NCBI GenBank assembly: GCA_002633005.1
Contig: NMRA01000015.1
Coordinates: forward strand, 917,235-958,560
DNA from: Phoronis australis
Taxonomy: Eukaryota > Animalia > Phoronida
Length of the DNA stretch: 41,326 nucleotides
Direction: 5' to 3'
In this document: positions 13,511 through 24,900 of the stretch, piece by piece
Numbering within the stretch: position 1 is the stretch's first letter
Layout of the letters: every line of letters begins with the position of its first letter
Translations under genes and position numbers: made by a program
Notes under the pieces: model-generated
What the model saw: only the letters and a program-made list of their open reading frames with translations
Told to the model about the DNA's origin: nothing
The model's database searches: none

Positions 13511-14797
13511 TATTTTTCTAAGTAGACGGCAGGATTAGATGTGCGTGCGTTTGTCAGTGTCGGTGCGTGCGTGGCTGTATGTTCTTCCGTAAATGCTGCT
13601 TTTTTCAATGAATGTATAAAAGTATCCATAAATTAGTAAGCTTTTCTCCTCTGTTGACACGTTTGTTTGCAACTGCAAGCATGATATCTCAGTGTAACAC
13701 TTACCTTGATGAGATACACGAGTTCAAACTTGTTTAAATCTTCAGTGTTGTTGTGAGAAAGCAATACGTCTTACGAAGAAGCATAATTATTAAAGGTTAC
13801 GAATTTGCCTTCACTTATGATGACCATGAACTCAAAAGTTTATTTCTACCATCCTAGGAAGTGAAAAGGAAACAGAAAATGCTCAGATTAATACCAATAT
13901 CTCAAATTTTCATTTTTACGGTTATTTGTTACCTATAGACATTGTTCATTTTATTGTTTAGTTATAGAAAATTTAGTATCAAAAACTGTTTCGTTCATTT
14001 GTGTTGCTGTCTCTAATACGTCGTGAAATGTATTAATTGAAAATTATAAAAAATTATAAATCATGTGCTGAAATTGTTCTGTGTTACTGAATAATTTTCC
14101 ACATATTCTGTCTGTCAAAAGTGGTCAACCACTTGATGTAGGACATCGGCTTAATAACACGTGCTGTATCACAGGTAACCGAGCCCAACAGCCTTTGACA
14201 GACCTGGCTCAAAGGAAGATAGAACACTCACCCAAGTGTTAATCTAGGATTCCTGATAAATATGTGGTTTGTTTTCAGACTTTTTATTAAAAATGTTACT
14301 GGTGGGATAATGTAAAATGCGGAAGGAAAATTTCATGAAAGCGTTGAATTTCGTGACAGCTGTGTTTTACTGTTTCGAATGCTGTGAAAAGGAACAAAAA
14401 TGAACCTTTTAGCAATTATTTCGAAAACAGGAAATAGTTTTGCTGAATGGGGTTTATGCTTGGTGATGTGGGAGTGTCTTGATACTTGAAATGTAAATTT
14501 TTATTCAATCGTGTAACCATATCTTCTAATTATCACAAATTTCAGTGTAGGAGGCAGAAGTGTGAACGCGTCGGTTTTTTCCACTGTACACCGTGTTTGA
14601 TGATTCTTGTTTGCAGCAAAATTTTAAACAGCCCAATGTATCATTGCTACAGTTTTCTCCGCTTGCCTTGGTGTAAAAATCTCGATTTACATGGGAATTA
14701 GGATATAACGTGAGATTTAGTTATAATTTTGAATGTAAATGGCTCAAAGTTGCCAATTTTGGTTGTTGATATGCTGTGTTAAAAACAAACGTCCAGT

Positions 14798-14819
14798 ACA
14801 TCAAAGGCCGCCTTTGTTT
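14798..14819. promoter_or_regulatory. Candidate Wnt-response element: TCF site + GCCGCC helper + inverted HMG site
   Basis: Sequence ACATCAAAG-GCCGCC-TTTGTTT, about 3.9 kb upstream of the Brachyury ATG. Confidence 0.35.
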
Positions 14820-15570
14820 GGCAAACTGCTTGTTTAAGTTTTAGAAATAACAATCATTTCGGAAAAAAGTTCCGGAACCTTGAAATTTTGTGTAATTCTT
14901 AGTTTTGTCTATTCGAATAATATTTTGTGAAAATTTTCCAGAAAAAACTCCGCAAGAAAAAACTCGCATGAGTGATGCACAATATATGCAATCTTAATTA
15001 AAATTTCACGCATACAGATTTGATAGCAAAGACAGTAAATTGATTGGTCAAAAGGTAAGTAAACCATGCTTGTTTGGTATCAGTTCGTGCGACCGCACAA
15101 TGAAATATTTATAAAATAATGCAGTTTATTACATGCAATATTACGTACGTGTGATGGAGATTACGTGCACAATGCTATGGGTGACTGTTTCTTTCTTTTT
15201 TACGATTACCATAATCTCCTTTGCACTTTCGAAATACTGAATATCCTTATAGTTTTGTATCTGTGCAATAAACACCATGGTGATAATGGACAAAAATTTC
15301 AACTGTTTTATTAATAATTTGACAAAATAAAATTCTGATTATCAGCCGTAGTGTATATTAAATTGTAGACCAGTTACGTAGAGACATATTTGTAAAATAC
15401 GCGGTTTCTGCGATCCCCTAAAGCCGATTGCTCCATTGAGTATTGTGTAAAAACACAGTCATCAAATACAGAGTAGTTTATGAAAATGATATTTAATTGG
15501 TGGTTGACTGAAAAGTTATCTACCGAGACATCAAAATGTTGCGCAATGAGATTTTCACATGAGTTAGTAA

Positions 15571-15606
15571 TGGCTACCCTGAGGACCTGGCTACCCTGAG
15601 GACCTG
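15571..15606. repeat. Perfect 17-bp tandem duplication
   Basis: tggctaccctgaggacc x2. Confidence 0.9.
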
Positions 15607-17859
15607 AATCGATTACACTTGCACGTGTAAATGGACAAAATACGCAAGTGTTGAATATAGTCAGCCAAACAATTGTTATGCTACTTCCAGCTATGAAACA
15701 AAACACTACTGAATGATATAATCAGAAGAGCATTTCCGTTGATGATTCTTAGGCGTGATTTTAAACAAATTGGTCAGGGTAATGTCTTGGTTAAAAATAA
15801 CGTGTACATGATAGTTATTTCAAGTTTTATTTTGTTTATTTTAGGCGTTCTTTTTTGTGTCACAGTGACGTAAACTTAAACGAATTTTCTCACGGCGGGG
15901 TTCAATAGCGCACTGCAAGAAATTCAATTAAGTATGAATCCCATGATAGCTGGGAGATAAAAGGTTTCAAAGAATGCGCGAAGTAATCAAGAAAATAAAC
16001 ATTTCAGGTGTAACATCGTTTGTCTCATACCAACAAATTGTTAACGCGTGTTCTATTGACTAAGATATTGACAACACCGCAGTGTTTACTCTCTACAGTT
16101 CGGCAAACCAGGAGTTCGGGGGTAAACTTTAAAGTTTGTTTAATTCAATGAAATACGGGTGATAGTGCAATTTCCTGACTGTTTCGCCTTCCTCAATTAA
16201 TTACAATTACTACCCGAGCAAACGTCACAATAGACAAGAATTACGGTGTAGTAGTAGTCGTATATTTTCACATTTTAAACATTTATGTTGTTATGTAAGG
16301 TGTTCGTTAATTTCTTTGCGCGTTGTTATGTATTCATATTTCTGTATTTCTCAGCGTTAAATTTTTACTCGGGAAATTGTCACTGAAGGTGGCGCTCATT
16401 ACTAATTAACTCCGAATTTTTTTTCTATTCTTCCCTTTAACGTCAAAAAATATAATGTGGAGCTACAACAAGATTGCTCGGTGGGTTCAAATAAACATTG
16501 AAATTGCGCAATATATAAACATGATGGCTGCATATTTTGGGCATTCAGCAGACGCTGCCTGTTGTCATCGGAAATGCTCGGTTAAAATGAAAAAATCGTG
16601 TCAAATTTTTAAATAAAACCTTCCTCTTTTAACTTGTTTTATACGTGGTTGTTTTGTACACTTGAGGTGTAATTATTCCCGGCAAGGTACTTCAGTTTCT
16701 TCAATGGAACTGCGAAAACTGAAATATTAGCAGAGAATAGTTGGAACAGGCACTAAATATATCATTGCTCATTTCGTCAAAAAACAGAAAGCAGGGTCAA
16801 AATTAGATAGAATCACGTTTCATGTGTGTCGTTTCAATTAAAATTCACAGGTACATTGAAGTTTTGTTTGCTCGAAAAAGAACTTTATTCTTGCAGTGCA
16901 CCTTAAAGACAGGTAGAGCTATTTTGTTATTTAACGTTTCAACTACCAATTTGGGTAAAAATTTCTCTCATAAAAATGGCATTTAGCGCCTACGTACCGT
17001 AAGTTACGTTCAGTGCTCAAGGTGATACGATGGGCTTTGGGCGCCTACTTACCTCTAATTTTACCATTACAGCACTGCGTTTAGTTATAGTTTGGTCCCC
17101 CAGATGGTGCCTCAGACGTCACCAACAGCGAGTATTGAGTACATTTATGCATTTGTTGTCCTTTTTGCATATATTCAAACGACTTCCTGAGTTATGTTTT
17201 GCGTTTGAAGATAATGATCTGTCAGAAGCTAAAAACCTACAATCATTATTGGTCTGTGTTTCTGTCTTTGTTTTGATGAGCTGATCGTGTCAGAAAATAT
17301 ATAATAAAACAAGATTAGAATAATTGAGATAGGTTTAAAGTCATTTTCCAGTTGACCGGCATGATTTCACGAAAACATCGGGTTAAGTCTAACCACTTGT
17401 ACGCCCAATTCAAAATATTGAGCTATCCAGCTCATTGTTCAAACAAACCAAAGTTTTTATACGCAGAATTTACACGCGATGTTACAGAAATAAGCAGTAG
17501 CGCGAAATTGAACTCAGAAGCTTTGCAGTAGCCGCTGAGGGCTCTGCCTCTAAGCCAAATCACACGCGTTAGATAACAGTATTAAAATGGTATGGACACA
17601 GGACTTGGTTTCAGCGACGAATGCGTGGAAGACAACGGCGAGAATTTGCGATTTGTAATAAGATCGCAAAAACATAATGGATTTGATTGTTTTATAGCTT
17701 TGGTCAAGCCAATAACTTTAAGTCATCCCATCCAACAAAAATGCGTTATTCAGCTGTAAAACAGTGATAATGTCCCTTCGAGAATATGTAGGACCCTATG
17801 GACAAACCTGTACGTATTTGTCAAACGTCTAAAAACCATAGCATTAAAGTATGTAACAG

Positions 17860-18190
17860 TATATATATTTTTAAACGGGAAACCTCGTAGAATTTGATTT
17901 TTTTCTTTATATCAAATCGCCATCAATTGGGTCACGTGACCATGTCTGTTTATCAAAATTCAACAGTAAAGAAGGCTACATCGACTGTGTCAATAACAGG
18001 ACCGAATTTTGTTTGATATAAATGTTGACGATGAAATCTCAAAAACGTTGTTACAGTTTCTTAAATTATCTTTTCGAGTTTTTTCTTCAAAATCCTGAAA
18101 GTCCCAATATTTGTTAGCCCTAATGCCAAAGTGAAGCACTTTAACATCGATTCCTAGCAGCGTTTTGGAGAACTGTGCACAAAGGTCAGT
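17860..18190 (+). repeat. Dispersed repeat family R1 copy, about 0.5 kb upstream of Brachyury ATG
   Basis: Shares blocks with 3178-3510(-), 22007-22203 and 32915-33105. Confidence 0.72.
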
Positions 18191-18479
18191 GTCTGACTGT
18201 TCCATTCGAATCGGATCAAACATCTCTAAGATATTATATTTCGAACGTTGCAAATTTTGGACATTTTCTAGGTTAACTTTAGACAACGAAATGTGCTGTT
18301 GTAGTAATTGCCTGCACTAGGGATGTGAGTGAACGAAATTTTATTGAGATTTCATTGGCTTGGCATGCCAAACAGTTTTCACCATTCATTTGTATGGCCA
18401 CTGGACGAATTTTAAAAACTAAACCTCTCGAGCGTCTCTCACAATCTTTCATTGAATGGTCACTAACCCCAACCTGTTC

Positions 18480-18679
18480 CTTTATCAAACATTGCAAAAT
18501 CTGACGAAGCGGTAACTTCCCGGGATCAAAGATACCACGTGACTCATAGGTCAACAATCCAACATGAATAATAAATTAGTAAACAAAAGAATAGCGCTCA
18601 CACTTCGCCGACGGTCGTGAACCAGCGATCTTGGACAGGTGATTGGCTCTCGGTGGATGTCTATTATTACTTTCGCTGA
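18480..18679 (+). promoter_or_regulatory. Candidate Brachyury proximal promoter / 5' UTR
   Basis: Immediately upstream of the ATG. Contains a TCF/LEF-type GATCAAAG (18524-18531), AP-1-type TGACTCA (18540-18546), Fox-type GTAAACA (18579-18585), T-half-site-like TCACACTT (18599-18606) and an inverted CCAAT (ATTGG near 18642). Motif matches only. Confidence 0.45.
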
Positions 18680-18939
18680 ATGGTTAAAAATTTGGGATCG
18701 GAGTGTGAAACTTCGCACTGTGCGACAAGTGTTTTCAACAGCATGAAGTCGGGAGGTGTTCCCGATGCAACGGCGGATTTTTCAGACAGTTTAGTAGATG
18801 CGCTGCCCGCGATGGTTGTAAACGATTGCCCCGCTATCGTGGAGGAGGGAGAAAAAATAAGGATATCACTAGAAGATTCGACATTATGGGAGAAATTTAA
18901 AAATCTAACCAATGAAATGATCGTCACGAAGAATGGAAG
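18680..18939 (+). CDS. TBXT: Brachyury coding exon 1 (N-terminus and start of T-box)
   Basis: ATG 18680 directly follows an in-frame TGA (18677-18679). Alternative in-frame ATGs lie at 18743 and 18812. Ends ...[10 protein letters not shown]|GTaaat (donor 18940, phase 2). The start codon choice is uncertain. Confidence 0.88.
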
Positions 18940-21900
18940 GTAAATCATTATTCCTCGACATTTTTGACGTCATTGGCTCTTGAATGGTTTTTAATGTTCT
19001 TCGGGGTAATGTTGGATACGTACTTGCTGTTGGACAATTTTTTGTAAAACACGAGCTACTTTCTGCAGTTATCACACTCCATAACTTATTTTCTGAGTGA
19101 TCAGCGAGTTGTGTAAATCCAATGTGGCCGCCGTTATGACGTTATCTTCTTACACTAGTGTTTGTCAGATAAATAAGAACTTCAAGGGTTTTGTAATAGG
19201 CAACCCTAACATCCCTCAGTTACAATAGGCAAATATTTCAGGTCTCTTGTTTAGTTCTACGGTATGAGGCGGAGCTGAGTCGCAGATGAGGTGAACAGCG
19301 GAATTCATAGACTCATTCTCATTGCAATTCTACTTCAGTTGTAAATACGCTCGCTCTGTTACAATACAGACATCATATAGTTAAAGTATGGCGTACCAAG
19401 TTGTAATGGCACGTGTTGCAGCAAAGCCAATTGATCGCGTTGCTGATGTGTTGAAAATCCATTAAGTTATCAAGTTTTGAGAGGACTATTAAAAAAACAT
19501 AGATGACATCTTCGTGAGCTGCAAAAACATTTTTACGGTAACGCATGGATCCCAGTACTGTATGTCGACCGAAGCTCCAGGAACCAATATAAATGTCGGT
19601 ACGTGCTGCAGTCTAACAAATCAATAACCTACCACTCCATTAGGGCAATACACTAAGGACTTGTCGGGCAAAGTATATAATGCACTTTTATTCGTGTTTT
19701 GTACGAAAATTTTGCGGTACACGTAGTGACCAATCTTACATGAATGAATCGGGTGACGATCAAAAAAGCTTAATACGCCAGTCTATTTTAATTGCCGAGT
19801 ACTCAATGTCCTGCTTGAAGTAATCTCTTTGGATTTCCGACCTCTCTGCCGCTCTGCTCAGATGCTGCGCTATCGATAGGGTGTGTTCATATTTCAACAA
19901 AATACTACATGCCGTTTCTTGGTTATTGCAACAGGCTCTCTCGCGTTTGATGAATTTGCTGCTAATTATAAGTTGACGTCTCGATGCGATAACACTGTTA
20001 TAACTTCTATTGACGGCCTCGTGTTAAATTATTGTTTGAATTAACTTTAAATGAATTCCCACATTCGCACCATGTAATCGATAGCGGAACATTATGAATA
20101 TCCTTCAAGACCTCTTGCTCCTGTTATGCCATTCTTTTATCAATAAGGTTTATTTTTCTTACTCGCCTGAATTCGCCATTCATGTCGGTTAGTTTACAAC
20201 AATTCCTATCTTTCTTATCCCCGCAGGCGAATGTTCCCAGTTTTGAAAATTCGGGTTGATGGTCTCGACCCCGGATCCATGTATTCGTTGCTCGTCGACT
20301 TTGTTCAGGTTGACAGCCACCGCTGGAAGTACGTGAACGGAGATTGGGTGCCCGGGGGAAAGGCCGAACCCCCTGCCCCCTGTACTGTGTACCTGCACCC
20401 AGACTCTCCTAACTTTGGCGCCCACTGGATGAAGGAATCTGTCTCCTTCAGCAAAATAAAACTGACAAATAAAATGGCCAAAAATGGACAGGTATGCTAC
20501 TTTTCTTCTTACTGACGATATTGTTTTGTAAACAGAGAGTTTGGACCCATACAGATATGCTAATATTTCTGTTCAGATAGGAAAATGATCAATGGGAATT
20601 ATTTCTTAAAATCAAAAGTAGAGACAAATGACTACATAAAAGATTGTGTAAAAATCGTCATTTTTGTTTTGCATTTGAATATCGGGTTGCATTGAATTTT
20701 TTAATTTCTTGGTGTTATTTATTGTTCGTTTAATTATATTCCTCTATTTGTTTTAGAAATTAGTGCCATAAATTGCACATTGTGCGCCTATATACTTAAA
20801 CTTCAGCACATTTGAAATTTTTTTCTGACAAAAATGGTTATGTGATTTTTTATTCAAGTACCATAGACAAATATTTTAAATTAAAGAGTTCATTTATACA
20901 TAGCCTAATTTGTAATCAATTATAAAACATTTCTTGTGTATTTTCTTTAACCTTAAAATCTACGATTGCCATTAGGTATTGAAAAAGAGGTTATTTATAA
21001 CATTTTATTTGTACTCAATGTTAACCTGGTTTTTATTGTCTTAGTTTCTTCGAATGTGGGACTAAAAGAAATCTTATTTTTATTATATTAGATTATGTAA
21101 TTTGGGAAATGAAAATATTTTAAATTCTATATCCAGGTCAATTACGTTATGCGGTTTCTTGCACACAAGTTTAGAAATGCATTCAATACCGTTTTATGTA
21201 GCAACTTGCTTTTATGTAAATTAAGATCCATTCAACACCATTGACACATAGTTGTAATAATAAGCAACTGTGTAATTATTACACTTGTCAAATGTTTATC
21301 ACTTCCACTTTAATGCCAGTTTAGAGTTTACATTACACGTTATATTTTTGTAACTGTGGATGCAAATGATTTGCAGAGAATTGATGTTTTGTTGAAAAAC
21401 AACTTCATGGTGTTCCTAACTACTTTCATTGAGCAGACGTTTATCAGTGCCCCTCAAAGTGCCAACAGCACATCCCACCATGACGAAGACGTTAATGACA
21501 ATGAAGGTGGTTATAGATATTCTTTCCTCTCCCGTTTTAAATACTTAATACAGAGAATTTTAATGATAATCAATTTAGCTTCACAAATGATGATCTTTCA
21601 ATTTAATACAGATTTTCAACCTGAATTTTTACATTTTTCTTTGTGTTTTGCAAAATGGTGTATGAAGTTGAATGACACCGACAGTTTAACTTAAATATAC
21701 GAAGGTTAAAACATATCAAAGTTGAAGAGCGCATTATCACCTTTGCACTGGTCTCTATATACACAATGTTGTCGCTCATAATATCACTTTATAATGTTGT
21801 GTAGGGTTTAATCGACAAGTCTGTGTGTTTAGACAAGTAATCACAAAACTGTACATTTTAACGCAGTAAAATTATACGTTTTTGACAACACAAGGCCTGT

Positions 21901-24900
21901 AGAGTTTTTTTAAAGTTGTAGACTTTTTACCTGCTAATAAGACGGCCATGTTGTTTCAGAAAAATTTAAGAGAAATGAAGTTACGTTGATAGCAAAAGAA
22001 CGGTATCAGTAACGTGACCAAATTTCATGTGATATAAATTTGAAATCTCAAAAACGCTGTGACAGTTTTCATTTCTTTTTCCTTTTATATAACTTTTGGT
22101 ATTTTTCATAAAATCATAAAAGCCCGTTTTTATAACCCCTCATGCAAATGTGAAGTATTTTAAAATCAATTCCTGGAGAGCGTTTTGGAGAACCGTGGAT
22201 AAAACATAGTGTATCTGAAAGTTTCTGTGATATGTTCCGAAGTTAGTCAAATTTGGCCATTTCATTTTTCTTGCGTTCTAAATTACCTGGAACGGGCGCA
22301 ATCCGTTTTGAGGCTGATCTAATAATTATACAAAACGTTGTTGCCGATGGTGTAACTGTTAGGTGTAGTAGAGCCTGAATTTCAACAGAACATTTTTTGT
22401 AAGCTTGTATTCTGAGTTAATTTCTTTGCTCATCATTTCACTGATTGTTTCAGATCATGCTGAATTCACTTCACAAGTATGAGCCTCGAATTCACGTGGT
22501 TAAAGTGGCGAATAAAAACGAGAAAAAACGCATGTGCACGAGAAGTTTCCCTGAAACACAATTTATAGCCGTCACGGCGTATCAGAATGAAGAGGTAAGA
22601 AAGCAAATGAACTTCGTTTATCAAATGCTGTCGTTGGTAATTTGATCGTTTGAGGAAATCCTATAAAATAATCAAGTGGCTGCGATGGGACCCCAGGGAT
22701 ATTTGCAAAACTTAAAAATTGTTAACCATGTAACAAGCCTTCTCGAAAATATGAAAATCCATTACTAACACGAGCGATTTTTATGCATTTATTTGCTGCG
22801 AAAAATCTTCAGTTTCGATTCATCTAATGAGCAATAAGACAACAAGTAACAGCGATTATACTGGTGTTGCGAATTTTAATGTTACAAATTAGAGTACAGA
22901 GCAAAATGTTAGGGAAGAGATCCAACGAAGGGAATTATTGCGCAAATGTGAACAGACACTCTTTATGGAAAAGACGTGTGCAATACAAGCTCGTGTTGCA
23001 TGGTGTTAATTGCAAAATCTATTGGCAAATAATAGTTTCTAGTTTGTCAGAAACGGTAATTGATAATCTCGTTAGGTTTTACGAATAAAATTCATTAGCT
23101 TGTGATACAGAAATATGTTTCTTTAAGTTTAATCAACTTACACAAAAACAGAATTGCAGAATTTCTTTTTGTAGATTAAAATTCTAAGTTACCTGTATTT
23201 GGAAAACTACGTCATGAATGTTTTTACACAGTCACAGAAAATTCGAAAGGTCTGAGGAACGTATAGTATCGCTAGTGTCTCGTTATGCAAACAAGATCTC
23301 GCGAGATTCCTAGAGACACTGTCGTGTATTTTCAATGAGAGCACGTGATTTGGACAGGTTTTTCTCGCCACCAGACAGTTATGAACCCGACCCTGCTCTA
23401 TCTTGTCTGCTGGCCACAGTCTCCTTAAATTCTTGATGTCACCCAGTTTGACAACATAAACAGTGTACGATGTGTTGTACCGAGTCCTCGCGTTGTATTG
23501 TTATCTCTTGTGTAACAGGAACTTATCATAATTGAAGAGCTAAGCTTGTCATCAAAATCGCTGGTGTAGCTATGTCGCCAAACATGTTATCTTAAAAGTA
23601 ACAATTATTCGCTATGTTTTCATATTTTGAGCAATAACTTGTATTTAAATGGTGCTAATGTTTTCGTGAACCTGAGAAATTTCAATTATTTCATGGGCAA
23701 TATTTGTATTAATGGAACCATTTATTACATTTGACAATATGTTTATTTGGCCTGTACAAATAACACGCCATTGTGTATTTGGAGTACACGCACTTGTGAA
23801 TTCTGCAAACTCAATGTACCAATACCTGTGAAAGCGTTGTGGATTTTCGCAATAAAATATTAAAACTTAATGCGAATGTTTGACATTCTTGTGAACGATA
23901 AAATCTAAAATGCCCTTAATCTTTTACAATTTCAGATAACGTCTTTAAAAATAAAGTACAACCCATTTGCTAAAGCATTCCAAGACGCCAAAGAAAGGTT
24001 TGTAGTCTATTTTATACTTTTAATTTTTTTATATTTTTACCTGTGTGGGCTTGACCAACGGTACCTTTGCGGCTCACTGGAGTTGGTCTCGTGTATTCTC
24101 AAGTGTAAGCATGCGAGTCCAATCGCAGGCTGTCGCTATCATATACTTGTGAGATAGTCTCGTGTATTCTCACGTGTAAGCATGCGAGTCCAATCGCAGG
24201 CTGTCGCTATCATATACTTGTGAGATAGTCCGGTGTATTCTCACGTGTAAGCATGCGAGTCCAATCGCAGGCTGTCGCTATCATATACTTGTGAGATAGT
24301 CTGGTGTATTCTCACGTGTAAGCATGCGAGTCCAATCGCTGGCTGTCGCTATCACATACTTGTATATCTGAGCAAGACACTGCTGCATTTGCTTCAATCG
24401 ACTCGGTGATATAAATGAGTATTACCAGGAAGAGATAACCATGACTGGAAAGTACCCAGCCGTGGACTGGCGTCTAGTTCGGGGGCACATGACAAGCTGT
24501 TGGGCTCTTGGGGTTCATAAGTGGCCCTGTGAGCCTGGTAGCTATCCACTAGTCTCTTCTCTCGTTACTTTTCAACAAAAAGATCCAACTGGACATTCAA
24601 TCAACACCGATCATTCGAAATGATAATCGCATTATTTCGCTCTTCTGAAAGGCTTGTTTGAATGAAAATTTTCAATTTTTCAATTTCTTGACGACGGCTG
24701 GCCTTTTCACATATCTTCGAGTTCTTTCCCGAAGATTAAAAGCTCAAAATTCATTGCTTTCGGTATTTGCATCGCACAGCTCCGGTCTAGCCTGTAACCG
24801 AAGACTAAATGAAATTGTTGACTCATCTACATAATCGGGTACTACAGTGGTGTTACAAGAATGCATTTTTTCATTTACAGGCCGGAACATAGAGATCTAT

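Noticed and set aside
21356-21694. 112-aa intronic ORF as a possible extra Brachyury exon
   Set aside because: Exons 2 and 3 join seamlessly as GQ|IM in the T-box, leaving no room for an insertion, and the ORF has no recognisable homology.
24086-24363. CRISPR-like regular array or tRNA gene cluster
   Set aside because: The units are contiguous and near-identical with no unique spacers, there are no cas genes, and the context is eukaryotic. No full cloverleaf is present, only a T-arm-like hairpin of a SINE head.
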